Below are positions 48,101 to 59,400 of a DNA stretch of 64,000 nucleotides, in pieces. Source of the DNA: Pecten maximus (taxonomy: Eukaryota). How positions within the stretch are numbered: position 1 is the stretch's first letter; each line of letters starts with the position of its first letter. A model generated the notes under the pieces. The model was not told the DNA's origin. It searched no databases and saw nothing but the letters and a program-made list of their open reading frames with translations. Position numbers and translations under genes: made by a program. The stretch lies in NCBI RefSeq assembly GCF_902652985.1, contig NC_047015.1, positions 54,870,001-54,934,000 of the forward strand, given 5' to 3'.

Positions 48101-51100
48101 CAACCTTTTATTAGAACGTTTATAGCCAACCTTTCATTAATATTTTTACAGCCAACCTTTCATTGATACTTTTACAGCCAACCTTTCATTAATACTTTTA
48201 CAGCCAACCTTTTATTAGAACGTTTATAGCCAACCTTTCATTAATATTTGTACAGCCAACCTTTTATTAGAACGTTTATAGCCAACCTTTCATTAATATT
48301 TTTACAGCCAACCTTTCATTAGAACGTTTATAGCCAACATTTCATTAATACTTTTACAGCCAACCTTTTATTAGAACGTTTATAGCCAGCCTTTCATTGA
48401 TACTTTTACAGCCAACCTTTCATTGATACTTTTACAGCCAGCCTTTCATTGATACTTTTACAGCCAGCCTTTCATTGATACTTTTACAGCCAGCCTTTCA
48501 TTGATACTTTTACAGCCAGCCTTTCATTGATACTTTTACAGCCAACCTTTCATTGATACTTTTACAGCCAACCTTTCATTGATACTTTTACAGCCAACCT
48601 TTCATTAGGGTTTTTACAGTCAATCTTTCATTAATACTTTTACAGCCAACCTTTCATTGATACTTTTACAGCCAACCTTTCATTGATACTTTTACAGCCA
48701 GCCTTTCATTGATACTTTTACAGCCAACCTTTCATTGATACTTTTACAGCCAACCTTTCATTGATACTTTTACAGCCAGCCTTTCATTGATACTTTTACA
48801 GCCAACCTTTCATTGATACTTTTACAGCCAACCTTTCATTGATACTTTTACAGCCAACCTTTCATTGATATTTTTACAGCCAACCTTTCATTGATACTTT
48901 TACAGCCAACCTTTCATTAATGCTTTTACAGCCAACCTTTCATTAGAACGTTTATAGCCAGCCTTTCATTGATACTTTTACAGCCAACCTTTCATTGATA
49001 CTTTTACAGCCAACCTTTCATTGATACTTTTACAGCCAACCTTTCATTGATACTTTTACAACCAACCTTTTATTAGAACGTTTATAGCCAACCTTTCATT
49101 AATATTTTTACAGCCAACCTTTCATTAGAACGTTTATAGCCAACCTTTCATTAATATTTTTACAGCCAACCTTTCATTAGAACGTTTATAGCCAGCCTTT
49201 CATTGATACTTTTACAGCCAACCTTTCATTGATACTTTTACAGCCAACCTTTCATTGATACTTTTACAGCCAACCTTTCATTGATACTTTTACAGCCAAC
49301 CTTTCATTGATACTTTTACAGCCAACCTTTCATTAATGCTTTTACAGCCAACCTTTCATTAGAACGTTTATAGCCAGCCTTTCATTGATACTTTTACAGC
49401 CAACCTTTCATTGATACTTTTACAGCCAACCTTTCATTGATACTTTTACAGCCAACCTTTCATTGATACTTTTACAACCAACCTTTTATTAGAACGTTTA
49501 TAGTCAACCTTTCATTAATATTTTTACAGCCAACCTTTCATTAGAACGTTTATAGCCAACCTTTCATTAATATTTTTACAGCCAACCTTTCATTAGAACG
49601 TTTATAGCCAGCCTTTCATTGATACTTTTACAGCCAACCTTTCATTGATACTTTTACAGCCAACCTTTCATTGATACTTTTACAGCCAACCTTTCATTGA
49701 TACTTTTACAGCCAACCTTTCATTGATACTTTTACAGCCAACCTTTCATTGATACTTTTACAGCCAACCTTTCATTGATACTTTTACAGCCAGCCTTTCA
49801 TTGATACTTTTACAGCCAACCTTTCATTAATGCTTTTACAGCCAACCTTTCATTTATGCTTTTACAGTCGACCTTTAAGGCTATCAAAAAACCTTCTAAA
49901 GAATGTACATGCCGAGTCCAGTTTACATAGGAACCCTTAACAGTATGTGTAACAGGGTGGTTTATATACATTTTTCGTTATCTATTTCAGTCAGTGCGCT
50001 CGTTGGAGTAGTAGTGGTAAGTATTATATCTGTTCTTAAGAAATGAAAACAAGATATTTAACATAACGATGTATATTTTTTACTGGAGTTACCTATGGGT
50101 AGCAGAAAGGACATAAATCCATTAAAACAAAACCATTGTCAAAAACATATCAATAAAAATCCTTTTCAAATCAACATATGTTATGGAACAATTAACGTTA
50201 AAAACCAAACCAATAGACAAGAAAACTAAACCAATAGACAAGAAAAACACACCAATAGACAAGAAAACCAAACCAATAGACAAGAAAATCAAACCAATAG
50301 ACATGAAAACCAAACCAATAGACAAGTAAACTAAACCAATAGACAAGAAAACCAAACCAATAGACAAACGGAAATCATTAGTCTCGGCTGCAGAATCAAG
50401 AAACCTAAATTAATGAACTCACAAACTGACGCTAGATGCAAAAGACACCCAAGGTATTAGCGCCATTCCAAACAAAATGAAAATTAATCAAAGTAGAGCT
50501 GTTTCGTCTATCTAGGACTCGTCAGTGACGTTAGGGACATCATGCAAATTGTATGTCCTTCTAGGACTTGTCAGTGGTGTAAGGGACATCATACAACTGT
50601 TTCGTCCTTTTATTTTAAGACTCGTCAGTGTTGTAAGGGCCTAAAGTGACCATAGGAGCAGATCAAAACTCAAACCGCACTAACAGTTCAAAAGAAATGT
50701 CAAATCTGGATAGGTGGTGTAGAAGACCCATTATTTCAGTAAATATTTTGTGTAAAATAATTTTCAAAATTTTCATTATTGCATTCCAAAAGAACATAAA
50801 GTGCGTGTTATATTCTGAACCGTGTGACTATTGAAATTAATCTAAAGTGTGACAAAAAGTTTACGATAAACCTCTGGCACTACAAATCCACTAGCAGTGG
50901 CTATCATTAGCCCGAGTTTCCCCTGGCCCTGACACCATGTAGGGGCCCTACACCAGACATGGCGTCAGGGCCAGAGGAAACTCGGGCTACGCTACCATCT
51001 GCAATCTCGAATGACTGTATGGAGGACACAAAAATATTTGTATTTTTCAAAACAAACTTTGATTTTGATATAGTGGAGCCAAACTGAACTAGACTGCATC

Positions 51101-53273
51101 ATACAGCTGTTTCCTCCTGTTAGTATGACAAATGTTGTGACGACGAATTGAGCAAGCTTTGCAGGAACTAGCCTGTAATTGTCACAACGCTGTCATAGTG
51201 TATGAGCTGATGTCGTTGTCACAAAATTATCCAAGATTTCCCATCTCTATAATCTAATGATGTTATTGAATCGATGAAATGAATCATAATTTAATATTGA
51301 TGAAAATATTAGCGATAAAATATTTTCCTTCATTTGTTCTCCTTACATTTCCGAGAATTGAAGCGAATGAACGATGAAATCGACGAATTTTTAATGAATT
51401 TATAGTTTTATACAATTTTAACTAATTCAATATCATGGTACCAAGGGGTTGCGTTCACTAACAATCCCTCAAGACGAGGTTACTAAGCGCGATCGTATCA
51501 TATAACCATACAGGGTCCATGTATATTATCTTGACGAACATATTACCGTTACGTAAAACGGTGAGGGATATTGAAAAGACAGTATTAATTTATATGAGAC
51601 CAGAATCTTTCGTTTCTATGTGAATTAACAATGCCAGTCATACAAAATGTATTTCCGGCGATATATTTGCGAATTTTCAGATATTTCTCAGAATATCGCA
51701 ATTTGAAAATTTGACATACGATAGTGGCCAGCTGTATACTGAAAATGTGGTTATTTTCGCGAGTGGTTAATTTCGCGATTTCGATATGTTAACCATACGC
51801 GTGGGGGTAATTTTCGCGATCGATTCACCTTCGTTTATAATTCGAGATTACACAAATTGTATAATTTTGCATCTAACATACGTGTCCGGGGCTTCATGAT
51901 GCATTTGAAAGTATGAAGGACACAAGTATATACATGTATATCAAATATTCTTTTCTGAATTCTCGCACAATTCTCAGAATATCGCAATTTTAAAATTTGA
52001 CATACGAGAATGACTATGCTATTTATACGGCATTAAAAAGGTGACATTTTAAACAGTATTAATAACACAAGTATATGTAGTGAATCTTGTTTTTTTTATT
52101 CTTTATTGCTATTCTTTACTTTTTGCAGAACTGGTGGTATCGAGGTGGTGATTTGGTAAGTTTCTGATCAAAGAAAAATTGTGGTGATGGGATTGCTGGT
52201 CACAGGTTCATGGATAAACACTTAAAGGGACATTCCTTCGTTTGAATAAAGTTTAAGTCGTCAAAATTATACTTACTCGAAAATATATATTTTTTCCAAG
52301 AAGTAAGTAATAATCTTTACATTAATACAGCAGTTTTACTCTCAAGATAAACCAAAGTTCTTCGAGTATTAAGTCCTGAAAATTCTTAATTCGACCCGAA
52401 GTATCACTAATTACTGCAAAGACATACGGTATTTGTATACGATACACCCTTTTCCTGTACATTTCGGCGTTAATTTCATTACATGTAGGCACAAACACTC
52501 GTATAATCATCGTTCGGACATAATTTCATCAATAGAAATTGTGCATGTTTCTGATGTCCGAACGAAGGAATGTCCCTTTAAGAAGCCATTTTAATTGTTT
52601 CGATTGGTAACCGTTGTTAAGAGTGTTCTTCGACTCAAGAAATGTTTTTCAATGGCATTTCTATGGATAATGTCCATGAGTCTGGAACAAAGCCGAAATG
52701 TAAATCTATTACATGAAATCCCATGATAAAACTTTCAAAAGTCTTACACTTTCATTACCCGGCGAAACAAGGATATTGGCAGACTGATATAAAGTTGCCT
52801 TGTATTTGTTCCACTGTAAAACCCTACCTCATTTACTAATCATCCCTAGTTCTCATTTTGAGGACGTTACATTACTTGATTTGACCTAATTTTAAATGAC
52901 TGATGTCATACACTTCCAAAACACCTGGTGATATTTTCTTCTGTTGTGCGTTTCCATGAAAATCTTGTCTTTTGTTGACATTTCGTATTGATTTATCTAT
53001 TATGGGTTAATTTAAATGTTAATTTATCTTATTTTTGTTTTTGTTTTACAGAGTTCAGATAAATACTGGTACCTGTTCATCGTAGCGGCCGTGATAACAT
53101 TTCAGTGCATAACAACAGATGTATACCTGTTCAAATCCACACCAGTCCACGACACAGACATCCATCCGGCAACTATTCGGACCACTCCCCGACCTATTAA
53201 CCGGTCTACGATTACTGCAGCCACCATAAAGAATCTGATGGACTTCTACACACCCGAGCCGACTGAGTTCTAA
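45190..53273 (+). CDS. TMEM243 (DUF2678)-like small membrane protein, paralog B, 153 aa, 6 exons including 26- and 27-nt microexons
   Basis: Exons 45190-45255, 45813-45860, 47427-47499, 49991-50016, 52129-52155 and 53052-53273. All have AG/GTAAGT or GTATGT boundaries and consistent phases (0,0,1,0,0). Protein: MAGGEVTSTESNAIYYEVSPTI|TCLLRFCNVIMALMIV|ISFTMCLVEGHRNQTFYLLACNTV|ISALVGVVV|NWWYRGGDL|SSDKYWYLFIVAAVITFQCITTDVYLFK plus a T/P-rich tail. WWYRGGDL matches the recalled TMEM243 motif YWYRQGDL. Confidence 0.83.
47040..47360 (+). mobile_element. tRNA-derived CORE-like SINE
   Basis: B-box GGTTCGATGCCC, CORE-like GTTGTGTCCCTGGGCAAGACACTT and an (AAAC)n tail. Confidence 0.72.
47845..49875. repeat. 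Minisatellite, 26-bp unit (CAGCCAACCTTTCATTGATACTTTTA), about 77 copies with interspersed variants
   Basis: Directly visible 2-kb array in intron 3 of paralog B. Confidence 0.96.
50200..50367. repeat. Minisatellite, 21-bp unit (AAACCAATAGACAAGAAAACC), about 8 copies
   Basis: Directly visible; explains ORF 50122-50367. Confidence 0.9.
50908..50989. mobile_element. 82-bp hairpin MITE (degenerate relative at 44030-44084)
   Basis: 33-bp arms TAGCCCGAGTTTCC(C/T)CTGGCCCTGAC(A/G)CCATGT with 2 mismatches. Confidence 0.7.
52226..52577. mobile_element. TTAA-flanked MITE (Kolobok-like termini)
   Basis: TTAA|AGGGACATTCCTTCGTT ... AACGAAGGAATGTCCCT|TTAA, with 17-bp perfect TIRs. Confidence 0.85.
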
Positions 53274-53734
53274 AAACCAAATCAATATGGCAGGTCTAGA
53301 GAGGCAATCTGAGTTTTATAAAACTCCAACCCTCCACAGGACCAGAGAGAATTAGTTCATCTCCACAACCATCGTCACATAGGCGTTATGACTCCTCACC
53401 TGTAATATGAACCAGCTTTTTGTTGCATTAGAATACTCCGTGGACAGATTTTACTGTCGCTTTTCCTTTGAACAAGTTTCCATTTTCCAGAAGTAGTCTA
53501 GTCATGTCAGTGTAAGTGAACATTTTCACACCGCTTGAAAATGTTTATTCTTTTTTTTTTCCTTTTTTTTTTTTGTAAAATTGAAGGATAACTGACAAAC
53601 AATACCATATCCAGGTAGTTTTGTGTTCATAATTATTATTCCTATTTTCTACCACAATACACTGTCTTATTCCACTCTCAAGCCATTGTATAAATGTCCC
53701 GACTGTTGGATAAATGTATGTTATATACCATAAG

Positions 53735-54118
53735 TGGAATATGATCAGTCACCAGTGTGACCTTCCCGTCTTTTGGTCGGTCAAGAATTCGAACTTTGAC
53801 GCGAGCTGCAATTGTAATTGACGTCATCAATAATCGAATGACGTCACATCACCGGCTATCACCTGTACACCTTATTTGTATATGCAAAATAAGACTTGGC
53901 AATGTTTCACTTTGATTCAAGCCGATATCATTGTGGTAGAAACAGGTCACAGACTCGTGATTTTTGGATATGGAATTTATTTCACACTCAGGAGTTATTT
54001 TTTAAAAGTTACAAAAGACACTCGCTAAAGCTCGTGTCTTTGGTAACTTTTAAAAAATAACTTACTCCTGTGAAATAGATTCCATATCCAACAACCACTC
54101 GTTGTGTAACCTCTATAT
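53735..54118 (-). mobile_element. Palindrome-containing non-autonomous element; an inverted sister copy at about 61244-61830 is interrupted by a SINE
   Basis: Long internal hairpin at 53963-54091 (TTGGATATGGAAT...ATTCCATATCCAA), with extensive reverse-complement similarity to 61244-61830. Confidence 0.75.
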
Positions 54119-55631
54119 CTTGAATTACTACAAGTATTTAAGATTCTGTAAAACTGTCAAAATTTATCACCTACTAAGTAGTATGTACGGAGCCTTTGAT
54201 TTTGTGTCGAAATATTACCAGGCTGCAAAAAAACGATACGTTTGTTGGGTATAGAACCCTTGGATTTTGAAAGTACATTAGCAAGGACCCTACACCATTG
54301 AATGGTGGTCAGTTTTTGCATGGGTGAAAATGTCAGATTGTGGAAATACTAAAACTATTAGTTTCATCAAAATTAACTGTAATGGGATAATAATTCGAAA
54401 ATACTGAATTCCTTATTAAAACTGAACCCTTTCTCCCCTGGTTTTGTGTAGAATGACGCCTGTATATTATATATTTACATTTCAGAAATTCTGTTAATCA
54501 AATTAAGATTTCTCCTTGTTTAGTTTACTAGAATCTGAAATCAAAATCATCTAAATGATTGATGCCAACCTATAATATGTGATATCTTGTGCAACATGCA
54601 AAGCATTGAAGTTACACAGATCAATGTGGCACCAAAATATTAACGTCATCATATTATTGTCATGTGATCTAGAATGTATCTATACTTGTGTAAATACTAT
54701 CAACATTTTAAAATATAAATATGTCCACTATGCCTTTGACATGAATTCAAATATTTAGGTGACCCCATGTTCTACTGTGTATTCTTAGTGTCAATACAGT
54801 TCGGTTTCAATTCCAATCACAATGTACTTATTTGTTTCAAACTTAATATTAATCTCTGCTGTAAAAAGCTATTACCAGAAATTAATTTTGTTGTTTTCTC
54901 ACAATATTTGACATTTTTTTCCAGATTTCACCCAAACAATTTTTTTAGTTTAAAGAAAGAGACTTGACAGATTTGTTCTATTTTGTACATTTTTACAAAT
55001 CATTCAATTTACTGACGTGATTGATTTGATAGTACTTAAATGCAATGCTTCATGTTGAAATCTTATAACACAAACTGATGCTTCATGTTGAAATCTTATA
55101 ACACAAACTGATAATTGTTATGTTTTATATTTGGTTTTCTTGGTGCAATATAGCTTTAAGCATGATCTAGGATATTATATACCCATTTGATTCTTAGTCC
55201 AATACATGACAAGGTTAGAAGTTCATTTTCCTTATCCAAAGTGATTGTCATGAAAAATGATCATTGCAATGCACACTCCTGCACCGACATTTAGTTTTGA
55301 GAAACTGTAGAAATATTTGACTGAATTAGTTATATGAACAATATATGTAAACATATTTAGCTATAGACATAAATGTGAAATTAATTTTGAAATAAAATTT
55401 GCAAAAGTCCATGAAAATCTTTTCAGCATGAAAATCGCTGTGGCATCATAATCCTCATCATCGTTCTCATCATCGCATATCAAGATTATTAAATCTCGTC
55501 AAGGCAGAACCCATAATTATATTGATTATTTGCAGTATTTCATTTTCGATAAACCTTGACATTAAATTATGTAAAACAAAACAGATGAATTACTATTTAC
55601 TGTATTGATTTTTTTCTATTTTCTTGCGTCT

Positions 55632-55854
55632 GGGGCTGCGGTGGCCAAGTGGTTAACATGTCCCGACACTTTAACACTAGCCCTCCACATCTTGGTTGTG
55701 AGTTCGAAATCTACGTGGGGCAGTTGCCAGGTACTGACCGTAGGCCGGTGGTTTTTCTCCGGGCACTCTGGCTTTCCTCCACCTCCAAAACCTGACATGT
55801 CCTTAAATGACCCTGGCTTTTAATAGGATATTAAACAAAATAAACCAATAAAAA
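55632..55854 (+). mobile_element. tRNA-derived V-SINE-like element
   Basis: Full-length homolog of the 4118 element. B-box GAGTTCGAAATC and V-like GGTTTTTCTCCGGGCACTCTGGCTTTCCTCCAC. Confidence 0.82.
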
Positions 55855-56401
55855 CTTATGTCTGAAATCCAAGGGAAATAACTCCATTTAAATTCAATTA
55901 GATTCTTGTTTAATATAGTAGCTACACTGAGGAATATTTCTATTCACACACCCAAGCATACACAATACATGTACTATTTAAACCGAATCTTCCTATTAAT
56001 AATGTGTAAAACACATTATGAGCACTTTCCGGAAAAATTCCCCGGAATTCCAAAACGTCCATACACATTCCTTGTCCATTGTTCATTCTTCACAAGAGGA
56101 TAGCAACATGTTTATATGAACTTTTAAGCTGTCTTTATAAATAGCACTATTGATCTGAAGCATTCTATCACATACGTTTACAGTAGAATTATGGTATTTC
56201 CTGTTATCGTAAGAAACCAATATTCTGTGAAGATACAGGAACCTCAAGAAATTAATCCTTTTGTAAAATTGCAGTCTTTACACAATTTCCATCGTCCATA
56301 TCAACGACAATATAAACACATGCGTTCTTGTTGTGATTTCACAGATATTTAAATTTCCACAGAACAAAGCGTCTAAATCCTTTGGCTGATCGTTGCTATG
56401 G

Positions 56402-59400
56402 TTACTGGGCCATTTGCGTCTCCATAAACTTGACCATCCAGTCGGGTGCCGTTTGGTCGATTTTCTCGATGATCTGGTTGACTTGGAAACAGAGGCTCTG
56501 AATCTGTTTATCCCATGTGGGTAACGCCTCACGATCTGAGAAAAAACAAAAAGGGCAGCCGATACAGACTATATTACAAATACATGTCGTCATGACAACA
56601 TTACCAATACCTGTCTTCACGACTACATTATTGAAGACGAAGTCATTTTTTTTTTTTTACAAATCCTACTTTCTATTTGTCTGCAACCCAGTGAATTTCA
56701 CAAATATTCCTGAAACACAAACCCAAATTTAAATCACACTGGAAATTAAAACTAATGCATATTTATGCAATACAATAATCATATAACATTGGATTTTTCC
56801 AAATTTCAAACCAATTAAAGCATTAAGTTTTTATTTTTTTTAATTTTCGAGCTACATGATGGCAGGGGAGGTAATCTGGTCTTAGATTATGTTCTCCATG
56901 GCCGATTTTGTTTTTTCGGTCCAATCAGTTCGACCAGTTGGACCGGTGTTGTTCGTTTATGAAATAAAGACGGACCAGGTGATTTTATATTGTTTTCATA
57001 CGAGCCTTGACAAATACTTCCAAGGCCTGTATTAACATTTGCCGGTCCGTCAAGATATATATTTGAAATATTACAGCAAAACTAACATGTACTCAAATTT
57101 TTGTTCCAAAGAAGAAAAAGATGTACCTTCAAAATGTACAATGGAGTCAATTTGATCTATACATCCATTCATTCTCTCTTCCGTTATCATCTGGGAAGCA
57201 ATCTTTTCTGCCTGTAAATACATGTATAGTAAAACACATTCAAAATGACAAACAAACAAAAACAATTTTGATATAATTTAATTCCTTCTAAGTTTCATCC
57301 ACTAAATGGAATTTCTTATATTTTTTTAAATCATAAAGATGACCAAAAGAATTAGATAAAAAAAAAATATCTAAGATTTGCAGTACTTAAATGGTACAAG
57401 ATTTCAAAAATTATTTAAATCACAAAGTTATATATGAACCAACCAATTAAAATTGTAAGTGTGAATACTCATCAAAATATCCATTTGACAAAAAAAATAT
57501 AAAAAATATTCAAAATACCTTTGTTGATGGAATTTCTAAAAGGGATCCAAGTTCATCAAAAGATATATTATTGTAAAGTTTACTGGCTGAGAGAAGGTTG
57601 TGCTCGATAACCGCTCGGTCTAGAATTGTAGATCCTTCAAAATACAAAAGATTACATGTGGATTGAAATCACCATGAACCAAACACAAGCTGCCAAGCAG
57701 TAAGCAACCAGAGGCTGATGTTCCCAACCATTTAACAATATGTGTATAATTATCTAGTGTATTAAGGTATTTATATTGCTTCTTAATTTCAGTCATATCA
57801 TCAGAAAATGCAAGTTATTATTCAATGAATACCTCAGAACCCCTAAAATGTCCAACCAACTGAATTTCAGTAGGCAAAAAGGAAAAGGAACTATGATAAA
57901 TTGAAGTATTTTGGCAATCATCAGTAAAAGACTTTTATGAAATGTACAGCAGAATTGTCACACAAAGTGTCAACCTAAGTCTTGGCAGTACAGGTGGGTA
58001 TATGCTTTGTAATTAGAGCTGTGTATCGCAAGGTGGGAAGCGATATGATTTATATCGCGATACATGGGTCACCATACGATACGTATCATGATATATGAGA
58101 AGCTGATGACCTATCAGATATTTGATATTCCATCGTACAGTAGTCATGTTTTGTTTGTGGTATTTCCGGAATATTAGAGTCCCACAAAGGGTTCTTGACT
58201 TTAGATAATTCAGATTTGAAAGAACTCCAATGGTCAGCTTTATAAGCTGCTAGAACGGCCTTGTCAGCTGTGTTGTTTACTACAAAACATGTAAGCTAAC
58301 GTTGGTCAAGGGAGATAACTACACATTTTCAAGTATCGCGATACAAATCAAGGACAGACGATGCACCACTCTGCGATCCAATACATCGATACATCGGTGA
58401 ACTGTTACACCACTATTTGTAATACAAACATTTGTAGTAGGGTACAGTAGACACTCACCATCTGAAGTAACAGCTTTCTGGTGAGACTGTAAATATGATG
58501 CAAATTCCTGTAAATCACTGCTGCGGATTATTCTGTCCAAGTACCTGAAATTTTTCAACGAATTCAATAATTGTTATGAGGAATTAACAGTCAATGTAAA
58601 ATTATAGTTTCCGAGACATAATGGCCACAATTTGTGAATACTGGAATGTTGATGTGACTTTTGATGCTTGAACCTTGACTGGTGATCACCAAACTTTAAA
58701 GCGACCAGATCTGTCGATTTTATGATCGTTAAACGGTGATTTATTTTTATAAACAGTGAAATGGGTTTAAGCAAAAGCGATACCAGTGCCTATACTGTTA
58801 AAAAAACATTCCATAAATATACAAGTTTTGAAACACTTTTCACCCTGGTTGATGTTTATCAACCATCAACCAGGGTGAAAAGTGTTTCAAAACTGATATA
58901 CTTATAGCACATTTTTTTTGAAGTATAAGCTTGAGTAAAGAAAAATATACAGCAAAAAACAAATTGGGTCACGAGGGTGCGAGTGCATTGTAATGTTATT
59001 TGTTTTGAACTGGTTTAGGTATTTACAAAACAAGGTCACAGACACTTTAAGTGGAAGTCTTAAATATATGAAATATTTCTTAGAAACATTATGCCTGATA
59101 ACATTTTCCAACAGTGATTTTTACAGTTAGTGTCGCTTTAATCAGGTGTAAAATTTCAAACTACAGAGCTATACAAGAGATCCCAGAGGGATCTTGGCGC
59201 CAACCATTGATTGATCTTTATAGGTTCCATGTCAGATTGATCTTTTCTCTATTTTCCCTTCCTCTTACTAATCTGTGCAAATTGAGAAACATCTCTCAAG
59301 AACTTTTCAAACAAGGGGAACCAATATATGAAATTTGAGAAAGATCCCTATAGCACTTTCTAAGAAATAGTGATAACAAACTTCAATTGTCAAAATCCAA

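Noticed and set aside
50122-50367. Hydrophobic SIGLVFL-repeat ORF
   Set aside because: Antisense translation of a 21-bp intronic minisatellite.
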